From Anaerolineae bacterium (GTDB lineage: Bacteria > Chloroflexota > Anaerolineae > Aggregatilineales > JAFGMM01), in contig JAOSJO010000023.1 in assembly GCA_027494055.1 (NCBI GenBank), positions 377,919 to 441,918 of the forward strand: a stretch of DNA of 64,000 bases, written 5' to 3'. Position numbers and translations under genes: made by a program. Under the pieces are notes generated by a model. The model worked only from the letters and a program-made list of their open reading frames with translations. It had not been told where the DNA came from and searched no databases. Below are positions 38,993 through 52,752 of the stretch, in pieces (position 1 is the stretch's first letter; every line of letters begins with the position of its first letter).

Positions 38993-39961
38993 CTATCCGC
39001 CGGCGCTTTCGCTCTGGTCGGCCAGGTCAAGGACCTGGTGCGCCGTGTTCTCGTCGGTGACAACCACGTTCACGAAGCCGCCGCGCAGCGCGCCAAGCAA
39101 GGGAGCGACTTTCGCGGGGTCGCCCGCGACCCCGATGCTCAGCAGCGCGCGGCGCAGGTCCTCAAGCTCGATGCCGACCACGCGGTCATCGAAACTGGAG
39201 GGCATCGCTGCCCCCTGAATGTCGAAAAAGCGACCGCAGATGTCGCCGACAGCGCCGTGCTGCTCGACGGCGTTCAGTTCCTGGGCCGTCACAATCCCCG
39301 CGCGCACGTACACGTGATCGACCGCCGGGCAGCCGACCCCGACGACGTACACGTCCGCCGAGTGCGCCAGCCGCAGGGACTCCGCGATGCTCGGATTGGC
39401 GGCGGCCAGTTCGGCGGCGGCCCCAGAGCCGAGCACCGCCGGGGCGTTGAGGTAGGAAACCCGCGCGCCAAGCGCCTGGGCGGCGAGGCGGGCCAGCTCG
39501 TTGAAGTCGATGTCAGACGCCTCGTGCCCCAGCGCCCCCATCGCCTGCACCACCGTCACGTTCTCGACCGGGTGCGGCCTCAGCCAGCGAACCGTCTCGC
39601 GCAGGGTGCGCCCAGACCCGATGCACACGCGCTGGCCCGGCGCGATGTGCTCACAGAGATACTCGGCGCAGGCGCGCCCGATGGACTTGAGGACGACTGG
39701 CGGCTGGGTGGCGAAAAGCGGCGTCACGACCGCCTCTCTCAGGTTGGCGAAGCGCGCCTTAAGCGCGTCCTCTGCGTGGTTGACGCGCGCATCCGGGCTG
39801 ACGATGCGGATCTGGACGATGCCCACCTCGCGCGCCTCGGACAGATAGCGCGACACCTGGGAACGCGACAGCCCCAGCATCTGCGCGATCTCCTGCTGGG
39901 TATAGCCATTCTCGTAGTAGGCATGCGCCACTTCGAGGAGAAGGGTTGTCCGTTGATTCAC
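38993..39961 (-). CDS. SorC/DeoR-type sugar-binding transcriptional regulator
   Basis: Intact 322-aa ORF. The N-terminal HTH is LLLEVAHAYYENGYTQQEIAQMLGLSRSQVSRYLSEAREVGIVQIRIV, followed by a sugar-binding domain. Confidence 0.85.
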   Translation of the reverse strand: MNQRTTLLLEVAHAYYENGYTQQEIAQMLGLSRSQVSRYLSEAREVGIVQIRIVSPDARVNHAEDALKARFANLREAVVTPLFATQPPVVLKSIGRACAEYLCEHIAPGQRVCIGSGRTLRETVRWLRPHPVENVTVVQAMGALGHEASDIDFNELARLAAQALGARVSYLNAPAVLGSGAAAELAAANPSIAESLRLAHSADVYVVGVGCPAVDHVYVRAGIVTAQELNAVEQHGAVGDICGRFFDIQGAAMPSSFDDRVVGIELEDLRRALLSIGVAGDPAKVAPLLGALRGGFVNVVVTDENTAHQVLDLADQSESAGG

Positions 39962-40182
39962 ATTTGTGCATTCACATCTGTGCTGCGCATCTACAGCATA
40001 TTACAGGTCGCCCTGCGCTGTCAAGGGGCGCGCGCGGCCCAACACCGGGCAAGGGGTTGACCCTTTGTGATTGACGGGTATGCTTGACCCTGAATCCGCG
40101 AACGCGCCGAGCGTTGCCCGGCGCGCCCCGGCAGAGGTCGGGGCGCGCGTGCTTAACTGCATCCACGAAAGGGAGATTGGCC

Positions 40183-43625
<3,443 letters not shown>

Positions 43626-43765
43626 CGGCGCAACCGCGCCGCCTCGGCGAACTGCCCGCCAACTGGAGCCGGCGGGCCGCGAAAGACGCAGCACCGCTCG
43701 CCTGGAGTAAAACGGCGGCTACGAGGCAATGGGCCACACTATTGCATGACGACAGCGCAGAGTTG

Positions 43766-43831
43766 GAAACACGAAGCCACGAAAGGCGGGAAAAGTAAAA
43801 CGCCCATGCCATTCGTGGCTTCGCGTGTTTC
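43766..43831 (+). terminator. long hairpin with a T-rich tail downstream of lacZ
   Basis: gaaacacgaagccacgaa (43766-43783) pairs with ttcgtggcttcgCGtgtttc (43812-43831). That is 18 bp with a 2-nt bulge, followed by gtgctttcgtttt. Confidence 0.5.
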
Positions 43832-43908
43832 GTGCTTTCGTTTTACGCATCTGGGTGCCTGCATCGCTGTTCCCGGACTCCGTCATGCTATCCCCGCCGA
43901 CGAGTTAC

Positions 43909-43938
43909 TTGACACGCGCCCCCAAAAGCCTTTAGAAT
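43909..43938 (+). promoter_or_regulatory. sigma70-type promoter of the second LacI regulon
   Basis: TTGACA (43909-43914), an 18-nt spacer, then TAGAAT (43933-43938). Confidence 0.6.
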
Positions 43939-43940
43939 AC

Positions 43941-43967
43941 ATAAAACGGTTTACTAAAACGATTTGT
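43941..43967. promoter_or_regulatory. possible LacI-type operator pair (ATAAAACGGTTTAC / CTAAAACGATTTGT)
   Basis: Two adjacent imperfect AAAACG.TTT half-palindromes lie directly downstream of the -10 box. The symmetry is weaker than at 8038-8082. Confidence 0.35.
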
Positions 43968-44997
43968 GCGGCATTTGATGGGACGCAAGGCCAGCATCCG
44001 GGACGTCGCCAGGCGCGCCAGGGTCTCCCCGACGACCGTGTCCTTTGTGCTCAATGGCAGGGGGCAGGTCAGTGAGGAGACGCGCAAGCGCGTGCTTGCC
44101 GCGGTCGAGGCGCTGGACTACTCGCCAGACCTGCGCGCGCGCAGCCTGAAGAGCCAGCGGATCCAGACGCTTGCGCTCCTGTTCCTCTACTCAGAGGAGT
44201 CGCTGACGTCATCGCGCTACTTCCGGGACCTGACGGCCTCGATCTGCGCCAGGGCCAGCCGGTTCGACTACCGGGTGATGATCTCGCTCCTCCAGCGGAG
44301 CCAGTCCCTGGCCGATCACATCAAGATGCTGCGGCAGGATGGCCTCTCCAGCGGGCTGATCGTGGCCGCGCCCAGCCCGGAACAGGTCGAACTCATCGCC
44401 GACAACCTGGCGGAGTTCCCCGGCATCGTTGTGAGCGCCACCTCGCCCTACCCCAACCTCGGCTTTGTCGATGTGGACAACACCAACGCCATGGGCCAGG
44501 CAATCGAACACCTGATGACGCTCGGCCACCAGCGCATCGCCTATGTGACGCCGCAGGCGACCAGCAGCCACACGGTCGCGCGCCAGGCCGCGTACACCGA
44601 AGCGATGGCCGGTGTCGGGCTTGGCGGGTACGAGCGGGTTTTCATCGTGCCGCCCAACGGCGAAATCGCGGAGTCGGGGCTGTTGGATACCGCGCCGACA
44701 GCCGTCATCGCTTTCGACGATGTGCGGGCCATCCAGATCATGGACTTCCTGCGGCAGCGCGGCGTGCGCGTGCCGGAGGACATCGCAGTGATCGGCTTTG
44801 ACGATGAGGACTTCGGCCTGCACATCTCCCCGCGCCTGACGACGCTGGCGCAGCCCTTCTCAGAGATGGGCTGCCTTGTCGCCGACAGGCTCATCCAGCA
44901 GATCGAAGACCCGTCGCTGGAACCGGCGCAGTGCATCCTGTCGCTGCAACTGATCGTCCGCGAGTCGTGCGGCGCGGCGGAGACCGGGCGCCCCTGA
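43966..44997 (+). CDS. LacI-family transcriptional regulator
   Basis: Intact ORF with the HTH ASIRDVARRARVSPTTVSFVLNG and a periplasmic-binding-protein-like effector domain. The true start may be the ATG at 43978. Confidence 0.9.
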   Translation: MRHLMGRKASIRDVARRARVSPTTVSFVLNGRGQVSEETRKRVLAAVEALDYSPDLRARSLKSQRIQTLALLFLYSEESLTSSRYFRDLTASICARASRFDYRVMISLLQRSQSLADHIKMLRQDGLSSGLIVAAPSPEQVELIADNLAEFPGIVVSATSPYPNLGFVDVDNTNAMGQAIEHLMTLGHQRIAYVTPQATSSHTVARQAAYTEAMAGVGLGGYERVFIVPPNGEIAESGLLDTAPTAVIAFDDVRAIQIMDFLRQRGVRVPEDIAVIGFDDEDFGLHISPRLTTLAQPFSEMGCLVADRLIQQIEDPSLEPAQCILSLQLIVRESCGAAETGRP

Positions 44998-45072
44998 CAC
45001 ATCGCTGAAACAGGACGCCGTCGCCGGCGCGCCGGCGGCATTGCACAGGCTGAAACGCGAGGCGGTGACATC

Positions 45073-46101
45073 ATGGAGAAGATTCGCGTCGGATTGGTGG
45101 GGCTGGCCCAGGGCTGGTACGCCACGCTCTATTCGCGGGCCTGCGCGCAGATGCGCGACGTGGCGTTCGTCGGCGTGTGCGACCTCGGCGCTTCCGAGGC
45201 ATACGTCCAGGCCTGCGCCGAGACCAGCGCCGCCGCGTTCGCGGCGGAGTTGGGCGTGCCCCTGGTCCACGACTTTGACGCGCTGCTCGCCCACGAGCCG
45301 CACGCGCTCATCATCACGAGCGAGACCGCCGACCACCATCGCCACGCCGTGCCCGCCATCGAGGCCGGCATCCACGTGTTCATCGGCAAGCCCATGACCA
45401 CCTCCCTCGCCGCCGCGCAGGCCATCGTGGCGGCGGCGGAGAGGCAGCCGTCGGTCGTCGTCCTGCCGGGCGAGCCGGCGCGCTACGAAGACGGCATGAT
45501 CGAGGCGCGCGCGCGCCTCCAGGAGGGGCAGATTGGCCGCCCGCTGGTGGCGCACGTGTATGTCAACCACCTGGCGATGACAAACCACGCCTGGGAGATG
45601 AGCGCCGCGCGCAGCGGCAGCCCGCTCATCGAGTTCGGCAGCTACCCGGCTGACCTTGCCGAATGGATCGTCGGCGCGCCGATCACGTCGGTGTACGCCC
45701 TTGCGGACAACTTCTGCACGCCCCAGATCGAAGGGCCGGACAACGTGAAGATGCTCTGCCGCCACCAGAACGGCGCGATCAGCACGCTGGGTGTGTATTC
45801 CTCCATCACCTGGGATTATCCCTTCCTGGGCCTGGAGATCATCGGGGAGCGCGGTTGCCTCCGCGCCGATTACCACAACTACCCGGTCTACGTCCACCGG
45901 AAAGACGCGGTCCTGGTTTCGAGTCCGCGCTACTCACCTATGAACGCGCGCGAGATCGAGCACTTCATGGACTGCGTGCGCGGCAGGGCAACGCCCGTCA
46001 TTACGCCGCAGGAGTACGTGAGCACCATCCGGGTGCTGGAGGCGGCGCAACGGAGCATCGCGCACGGGCAGCCGGTTGAGATTGCGCGCGGGGAGACATG
46101 A
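45073..46101 (+). CDS. Gfo/Idh/MocA-family oxidoreductase
   Basis: Intact 342-aa ORF. It has an N-terminal Rossmann segment (IRVGLVGLAQGWYA) and EKP-like FIGKPMT. Confidence 0.9.
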   Translation: MEKIRVGLVGLAQGWYATLYSRACAQMRDVAFVGVCDLGASEAYVQACAETSAAAFAAELGVPLVHDFDALLAHEPHALIITSETADHHRHAVPAIEAGIHVFIGKPMTTSLAAAQAIVAAAERQPSVVVLPGEPARYEDGMIEARARLQEGQIGRPLVAHVYVNHLAMTNHAWEMSAARSGSPLIEFGSYPADLAEWIVGAPITSVYALADNFCTPQIEGPDNVKMLCRHQNGAISTLGVYSSITWDYPFLGLEIIGERGCLRADYHNYPVYVHRKDAVLVSSPRYSPMNAREIEHFMDCVRGRATPVITPQEYVSTIRVLEAAQRSIAHGQPVEIARGET

Positions 46102-47144
46102 AGCAGGTACGGATTGGCTTCATCGGCTGCGGCGAAATCGCCGAGATGCACCGGGAAGCGCTGGCGCGCATCCCGGAGGCGGCGCTGTGCGCCGTGCACG
46201 ACCGCGACACGGGCGCAGCCGAGGCGTTTGCCGCCCGCGAGGGCGTGCAGGCGGTCGGCGACGCTGCGGCGTTGCTCGCCGATGCGTCGCTCGACGCGGT
46301 CTACATCCTGACGCGGCACGATTCGCACCCGGAACTGACCATGCGGGCAGTCGCGGCGGGCAAGGCCGTCTTCTGCGAGAAGCCGCTCGCGCTCACGGTC
46401 GCGGAGGCCGATGCGGTCGTCAGCCAGGTCGAAAGCGCCGGCGCGACCGTGATGGTCGGCTTCAGCCACCGCTGGGACCCGGTCGTCCGGCGCGCGAAGG
46501 CGTGGGCCGACCGCCAGGCCACGCCCCCCATGACCCTGCACGTGTCATTTGTCACCTCGCCCTTCCTCGAAAGCTGGGCCGGGCTGCCTGACGAGGGCGG
46601 CGGCGTGTTCCACTGCCTGGGCAGCCATGCGGTTGACCTGGCCCAGTACCTGATGGGGCGCGCGTTCACCCGCGTCGAGGCCACGCAGGCGCGGCTGCGC
46701 CTCCCCGAACCGTACCTGCCGGACACCGCCGCGCTTCTGTTGCAGGCCGACGACGGCGCGCTGGCGAGCGTGCTCCTGCATGACCACGCCCCGGTCAGCT
46801 ACATCCAGTACGACACGGGGGAGGACAGCCACCTGCTGCGCGCGGAGCTGTTCGGCGACGGGTGGGCGGTCGTGATCGACAGCCTCTCGCGCCTCCGCTG
46901 CTACGACGCGCAGGGCTGCCACGAGGTTGCGGTTCGGTGCGACAGCCGCATCGAGCGTTTCGGCATCCTCGCTGAGAACCAACACTTTGTTCAGTGCGTG
47001 CTCCAGAGCGCGCCCCCTTCTCCGGGCGTGCGCGATGGAGCCAGCGTTGTCGCGTTGATCGAAACCGCCGCGAAGACCGCACAAAGCCGGTGGGGGCGTA
47101 TTCCGCAGCATGAGGCGATCGCCGCCGCGCGCAACTGGTCGTGA
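46098..47144 (+). CDS. Gfo/Idh/MocA-family oxidoreductase
   Basis: Intact 348-aa ORF with a 4-nt overlap on the previous gene. It has VRIGFIGCGEIAEMH and VFCEKPLA. Confidence 0.9.
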   Translation: MKQVRIGFIGCGEIAEMHREALARIPEAALCAVHDRDTGAAEAFAAREGVQAVGDAAALLADASLDAVYILTRHDSHPELTMRAVAAGKAVFCEKPLALTVAEADAVVSQVESAGATVMVGFSHRWDPVVRRAKAWADRQATPPMTLHVSFVTSPFLESWAGLPDEGGGVFHCLGSHAVDLAQYLMGRAFTRVEATQARLRLPEPYLPDTAALLLQADDGALASVLLHDHAPVSYIQYDTGEDSHLLRAELFGDGWAVVIDSLSRLRCYDAQGCHEVAVRCDSRIERFGILAENQHFVQCVLQSAPPSPGVRDGASVVALIETAAKTAQSRWGRIPQHEAIAAARNWS

Positions 47145-47271
47145 AACCGCTGCGCTGCCCCTCGCTCGCGAAGGTGCAAGGAGGAGCCTATCGGGAAGAT
47201 GCATGAAAGCCCATTATTTTCCGCAGTGTCGTTTGTTCTCTGCGCCCAGACACATTAAGGAGAGAGAGGAA

Positions 47272-48550
47272 ATGCGCAAGCTTACGGCGATTCTCCTGGC
47301 TCTGACCCTGGTCATTGGAGCAGCGCCTGCCATCGCGCAGGAGGAGCCGATCACCATCAGCTTCTTCCACATGACCTGGCTCGAAGCCGGCCAACAGGCG
47401 CTCGACGAGGCGATTGCCGCGTTCGAGGCCGAAAACCCCAACATCAAGGTTGAGCAGATCATCGTCTCGTGGGGCGAGGCGCACTCCCAGTTCATGACCT
47501 CGATGGCCGCCGGCGTCGCGCCGGACATCGCCATGATGGGCGGCACCTGGCCGGTCGAGTTCCAGAACATGGGGGCGTGGGCGCCGGCGGGCGATTATCT
47601 GCCCGCTGACTTCGCCGACTGGTTCGTCCCCGCTGCCCTGGCGACCATCCAGTATGACGGGGAGCTTTACGGCGCTCCCTGGGAAGGTGGAACGTGGGGC
47701 TTCTTCTACCGCAAGGACCTGTTCGAAGCCGCCGGCCTCGACCCGGAGCAGCCCCCCACGACCTGGGAAGAGATGGTCGAGTTCGGCCAGAAGCTGACGG
47801 TTGACGAGGACGGCGACGGCACCCCCGACCAGTGGGGCCTGGTCTTCCCGGCTGCCGGCTGGGAGCCGGACGACTACTTCCTGCCCATCGCCTGGCAGGT
47901 AGACTGCCCGGTCGCCGAGCTGACGGACGTCGGCTGGGTCTCGGCCTTCGACCAGCCGAACTGCCTGGAGGCCCTGCAGTTCTACTATGACCTCGTGCAC
48001 ACCTACAAGATCACGCCCACCGACATCGTAGGCTACACCTGGGAGGAGGCCAAGAACGCCTTCGCCTTTGGCGACGCCGCGATGATGTACAACGGCGGTT
48101 GGGCGGCGGGCACGCTGCCCGCGGAGATCGAGGGGATGTGGGGGGACCGCCCTCAACCCCGCCGGCCCGCGCGGGACCATCGCCGCGATGGGGTATCCCA
48201 ACACGCTCATGGTCACCGCCCAGTCTGACCACCCGGCGGAGGCCTACCAGTTCCTGGCGTTCCTGCACGAAGGCTTCCCAAGCTGGGCCGACGAGTACGC
48301 CCTGGCCCATGCGTCGCTCAACTGGTCGGCGGGTTACGCCGACCTGGACTTCGCCAAGGACCCGCTCATCGCGCCGCTGGTCGAGGCGATGAACTACAGC
48401 CAGAACCGGCCCTTCGCGCCGCAGTACGAGCAGTTCCGCCAGGGGTACTTCTGCCCTGGCCTGCAGGCGCTTGTCCTCGGCGAGACGACGCCGGAGGCGG
48501 CAGCCGCCGAGTTCGTTGAGGCGTTCAACAAGCTTCACGGCACGCACTAA
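47272..48550 (+). CDS. ABC transporter solute-binding protein (family 1), frameshifted as assembled
   Basis: An ATG at 47272 follows AAGGAGAGAGAGG (MRKLTAILLALTLVIGAAPAIAQEEP). Removing one G from the G6 run 48140-48145 joins EIEGMWG to TALNPAGPRGTIAAMGYPNTLMV... in ORF 48188..48550. Confidence 0.9.
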
Positions 48551-48565
48551 CGCACGCATCGTTCC

Positions 48566-48599
48566 GCCGTAGGGGCACGGAAGGCCGTGCCCCTACGGC
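48566..48599 (+). promoter_or_regulatory. perfect 15-bp GC hairpin immediately after the SBP gene
   Basis: gccgtaggggcacgg (48566-48580), loop aagg, then ccgtgcccctacggc (48585-48599). There is no U-tract. Confidence 0.6.
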
Positions 48600-48751
48600 C
48601 ACGCCGGCGCTTTCGCGCATCCGGCCAACGACAACGCCCGGCCCGCGAGCCTGCGAATGGTGAAGGTACAGCGCTTGTGAAACAAGACCGCGCGACTACA
48701 GCAATCCTATCGACGCCCTCCGCGTCCACCCCAGAGGGCAGACGCGCCATC

Positions 48752-49623
48752 ATGCAGCGGCTCAGCCCTTATCTGCTCATTCTTCCTGCCGCCGCCCTGA
48801 TGGCGATCCTCATTCTCTTCCCGCTGGTGCGCGGGGTGGTGATGAGTTTCACCGAGGTCAATCTGGCAAACCAGGGCAGCATGACGTTCGTCGGCGTGCA
48901 ACAGTACATGAAACTCCCGGACGACCCCGTGTTCTGGCGCGCGCTGGGGAACACGGTGAAGTGGACCCTGGGCGTGGTCGTGTTTCAATACGTGTTCGGG
49001 CTGGGGATTGCGCTGCTGCTCAACGAGCCGATCCCCTTCCGCGGGCTGTTCCGGGGCTGATCCTCGTGCCGTGGGTCGTGCCGTCGGTGGTGGCGGCGCT
49101 GTGCTGGCGCTGGATTTATGCAGGCGAGTACGGCATCCTCAACCACATGCTGCAACAGGTCGGCCTGATCCAGAGGCCGCTCCAGTGGCTATCGACGCCA
49201 GACCTGGCAATGCCGGCCGTCATCGCGGTCGGCATCTGGAAGTGGGTGCCGTTCATGGCGGTGGTGATGCTGGCGGGGTTGCAGTCGATCCCGAAGGAAC
49301 TCTATGAAGCGGCGGAGGTGGACGGCGCGAACATCGTCCAGCGCTTCCGGCAAATCACCATGCCGCACGTGCGGAACCTCAGCCTGATCGCCACGCTGCT
49401 ATCGTTCATCTGGACGTTCAACCACTTCGACATCGTGTACGTCATGACCAAGGGCGGGCCGGCGAACGCCACCCACCTGCTGTCCACCTACTCGTACCTG
49501 TCCGCCTTCGCCTATTTCGATATCGGCTACGCGGCGGCGATGGCGGTGGTCATGTTGGTCGCGCTTACCGTGCTCGCAGTGCCGTATCTGCGGCTCATGC
49601 GCGGCGAGAGCCAGACGGTCTAG
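48752..49623 (+). CDS. carbohydrate ABC transporter permease, frameshifted as assembled
   Basis: It starts MQRLSPYLLILPAAALMAILILFPLVRG.... Adding one G at the G4 run 49053-49056 gives PFRGLFRGLILVPWVVPSVV... in ORF 48961..49623. The start could be the upstream GTG at 48677. Confidence 0.85.
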
Positions 49624-49635
49624 CAGGAGGAAGCC

Positions 49636-50468
49636 ATGCGGCGACGCACGCGAATCCGGCAAGCCATCGTGATGACCCTCCTGACCATTGTGGTGATTGT
49701 GCTGCTCTTCCCCTTCCTGTGGATGTTCTCCACCGCCCTGAAGCCACCGGACGAGGTCTTCACGCCGTCCCCGCGCTGGATCCCGGCCAACCCCACGCTG
49801 GACAACTTCACCCACATCCTCGGCTCAACCGCCTTCCCGCGCTACTTCGCGAACTCGGTGCTGGTCGCGTTCATCACGATGGCGCTGTCGGTGCTCATCA
49901 CGATCTTCGCCGGCTACGCGCTCTCGCGATACAACTTCCGGGGCAAGGGGACGTTCTCGCTGTGGCTGCTCGTCTCGCAGATGTTCCCGCCGATGCTGCT
50001 CATCATCCCGATCTTCGTGCTCATGCTGGAGACGGGCCTCTACAACACCTACGCCTCCCTCATCATCACCTACGGGACCTTTGCGCTCCCGTTCAGCACG
50101 TGGATGATGCGCTCTTATTTCGACACCGTGCCCCCGATCTGGAAGAGGCGGCGATGGTGGACGGGTGCACGCGCCTGCAGGCGCTGGCGCGCGTGGTGCT
50201 GCCCCTCGCCGCGCCGGGGATCGCGACGGTGGCGCTGTTCATCTTCATCCTGGCGTGGCAGGAGTACATGTTCGCCCTCACCCTGACGCGCACCACGGAG
50301 ATGCGCACCCTGCCGGTGGGCATCAGCCTGTTCCTGGGCGAGTATCGCGTGCTGGGGGGGTCGCTCATGGCCGGCTCGGTGGTGGTGACGGTCCCGGTCA
50401 TCCTCCTGTTCGGCTATCTGCAGAGGTACATCGTGCAGGGCCTCACGCTGGGCGCGGTGAAGGGATAG
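49636..50468 (+). CDS. carbohydrate ABC transporter permease, frameshifted as assembled
   Basis: It starts MRRRTRIRQAIVMTLLTIVVIVLLFPFLWMF.... The frame is lost near 50133-50136 (YFDTVP|RDLEEAAMVDGCTRLQALARVVLPLAAP) and continues in ORF 49719..50468. Confidence 0.85.
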
Positions 50469-50476
50469 GCGGGGCG

Positions 50477-51466
50477 ATGCGTGAGCTGCGCGCGGGCGTC
50501 ATCGGGTGCGGGTGGGCCGGGCAGTACCATGCCCAGGCTTACGCCGAGCATCCGCGCGCGCGGCTGGCCGCCGTCTGCGATGTGCGCCCGGAACGCGCGG
50601 AGACGCTGGCCGCGCGGTATGGCTGCCGCGCTTACGCCGCCGCCGAGACGATGCTGGCGCAGGAGAGTCTCGATCTGGTGAGCGTCGCCACGACGACGGA
50701 GACGCACGCCGAGATGGTGGAACGCGGCCTGCACGCCGGCGCGGCGGTGTTCTGCGAGAAACCGCTGGCCCAGGACGTGCGCGCCGCCGAGGCGATGGCC
50801 CGCGCCGCCGGCGCACGGCTCGGCGTCAACTACAACCGGCGCTACGCGGCGGGATACGCCAGGGCCAAAGCGTGGGTCGCTGAGGCAGGACGCATCCACT
50901 ACGTCACCGCCACCCTGGCGCAGAACGTCCCCCTGGCCCGCACCGAAGCGCTGCGCGCCAACCTGCCGAGGGATTTCCTCATTTTCGACGCCGCGTCGCA
51001 CCTGGTCGATCTCTTCCGCTTCCTGGTCGGTGAGCCTGAAACGCTCTGCGCCCAGGCATCGCCGCCCGCGCCGGGCGCGTTCCTGACCGACCTCAGCGTG
51101 AGCCTGCGCTTCGCCAGCGGGTGCGTGGGCAGCCTGGTCTGTAGCTTCGCCGGCCCGGAGTGGGGGCAGCTCCCCATCGAGCGCCTGGAGATCGGCGGCG
51201 CGTCGGAACGGCTGGTCGTGGACAACCTCACCCAGGCGGTATCGTGGTGCGGCTACCAGGACGACGTGATGCGCACGTGGCAGCCGTCCATCTTCGAACC
51301 GACCGGGTACGGACAGAGTATGCTCGCGTCTGTGCACGGCTGGATCGACGCCTGTCTGGCGGGGCAGCCGCCCCCGGTCAGCGGCGACGACGCGCTCCGC
51401 ACCCTTCAGCTCTGCAGCCAGATCGCGGCCTCTGTGGCGGCGGAGACGGCGCAGGGCGCGGGCTAG
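50477..51466 (+). CDS. Gfo/Idh/MocA-family oxidoreductase
   Basis: It has MRELRAGVIGCGWAGQYHAQAY and VFCEKPLA, inside ORF 50165..51466. Confidence 0.85.
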   Translation: MRELRAGVIGCGWAGQYHAQAYAEHPRARLAAVCDVRPERAETLAARYGCRAYAAAETMLAQESLDLVSVATTTETHAEMVERGLHAGAAVFCEKPLAQDVRAAEAMARAAGARLGVNYNRRYAAGYARAKAWVAEAGRIHYVTATLAQNVPLARTEALRANLPRDFLIFDAASHLVDLFRFLVGEPETLCAQASPPAPGAFLTDLSVSLRFASGCVGSLVCSFAGPEWGQLPIERLEIGGASERLVVDNLTQAVSWCGYQDDVMRTWQPSIFEPTGYGQSMLASVHGWIDACLAGQPPPVSGDDALRTLQLCSQIAASVAAETAQGAG

Positions 51467-51549
51467 GCGCGGCGATTGGGAACGCGCATGGGCGGGCGGC
51501 GCGCGCGCCAGAGAACCCGCACGCAGAGCAGATTGGAGTCTTTGCCGGC

Positions 51550-52752
51550 ATGATGATTAGCCAGAGAACTCTCGCCGAAACGCTGGACCTGCTCCACCGA
51601 GACGCCCTCGTTGCGCTGGCGAGCGACCTGATCCGGATTCCGAGCGTCAGCCCGCGAGACACCGCCGACTGCGCGCGGCTGGGGATCGCGCCGGGCGAGA
51701 AGGCCGTCGCCGAGGCGCTGGCCGACCGGTTGCGCAAGGCCGGCGCGGAAGTGACGCTCCAGGAGGTGGTCGCCGACCGGCCCAACCTGCTGGCGCGGCT
51801 GCGCGGCGCTGGCGATGGGCGCGTGCTGTGCTTCAACGGCCACCTGGACACCGTCGGCGCGTTTGACATGGGCGCGCGGGCGTTCCAACCGGAGGTGCGC
51901 GAGGGCCGCCTGTACGGGCGCGGGGCCGCGGACGTGAAAGGCTCGCTGGCCTGCTTCACGCTGGTCCTGGAAACGCTGGCCCGGACCGGGATCACGCTGC
52001 CGAACGACATTGTGTTCACCGCCGTGATCGGCGAAGAGGGGCCGCCAAGCGGCACGGAGTTCCTGATCAAAAGCGGGTTCAGGGCCGACGCCGCCATCGT
52101 CGGCGAGCCGTCAGGGTGCCGCGTGTTTGTCGGCCAGCGCGGCGGCCAGTTCGTGCGCCTGACGACCCACGGCAAGACCGCGCACGGGAGCACACCCCAT
52201 GCCGGCGTCAACGCGATTGAGCACATGGTCCGCCTGCTGGCCGCCATCCCGGAGATGCCCATCTTCAGCGGGGCGGCCAACGCCTACGGCGTCCCGTCGT
52301 TCTGCATCGGCACGATCAACGGCGGGTTGCGGATCAACGTCGTGCCGGACCGGTGCGAAGCCACCATCGATGTCCGGATGCCGCCCGGCATTGGCCCTGA
52401 AGACGTGCTGGCCGGCTTCAGCGCGCAGATGGAGCGGCTGGGCATTGGCGGGGAGGTCGAACCGCTGGAGCCGGGACACCCGGCCTACCTGACCCCTGAG
52501 ACCGCGCCCATCGCGCGGGCGGCAGTCCAGGCCGCGCAGGCGCTGGGGATCGATGCGCGCCCGACCCTCGCCCCCTACTGGTCGGACCTGGCGCACCTGC
52601 ACCGCGCCGGCATCCCGACCCTGATTATCGGGCCGGGAAGCATCCTCCAGGCCCATTCCGCCGACGAGTACGTGCCGGTTGACGACCTCGTAACCTGCGC
52701 GCGCCTCTACCTGTATACCGCGTTGCGCTTCGCCGGGGAGGTGGAGGCATGA
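51550..52752 (+). CDS. M20-family metallopeptidase/deacylase (ArgE/DapE-like)
   Basis: The start is MMISQRTLAETLDLL.... Motifs are FNGHLDTV, GRGAADVKG and VIGEEG. Confidence 0.85.
   Translation: MMISQRTLAETLDLLHRDALVALASDLIRIPSVSPRDTADCARLGIAPGEKAVAEALADRLRKAGAEVTLQEVVADRPNLLARLRGAGDGRVLCFNGHLDTVGAFDMGARAFQPEVREGRLYGRGAADVKGSLACFTLVLETLARTGITLPNDIVFTAVIGEEGPPSGTEFLIKSGFRADAAIVGEPSGCRVFVGQRGGQFVRLTTHGKTAHGSTPHAGVNAIEHMVRLLAAIPEMPIFSGAANAYGVPSFCIGTINGGLRINVVPDRCEATIDVRMPPGIGPEDVLAGFSAQMERLGIGGEVEPLEPGHPAYLTPETAPIARAAVQAAQALGIDARPTLAPYWSDLAHLHRAGIPTLIIGPGSILQAHSADEYVPVDDLVTCARLYLYTALRFAGEVEA

Noticed and set aside
37037-40060. 1007-aa plus-strand ORF, the longest in the track
   Set aside because: It is antisense to the SBP and SorC genes, which have clear family signatures. 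Its composition is Arg/His/Pro/Gln-rich low-complexity, typical of shadow ORFs in GC-rich DNA. Its internal repeat merely mirrors the SBP duplication.
39962-40182. Repeated TTGACCCT and tgtgc motifs in the sorC-lacZ divergent region, considered as SorC operators
   Set aside because: The repeats are short and lack convincing symmetry or spacing. A TTGACC-16-TATGCT promoter is plausible, but I could not support an operator call.
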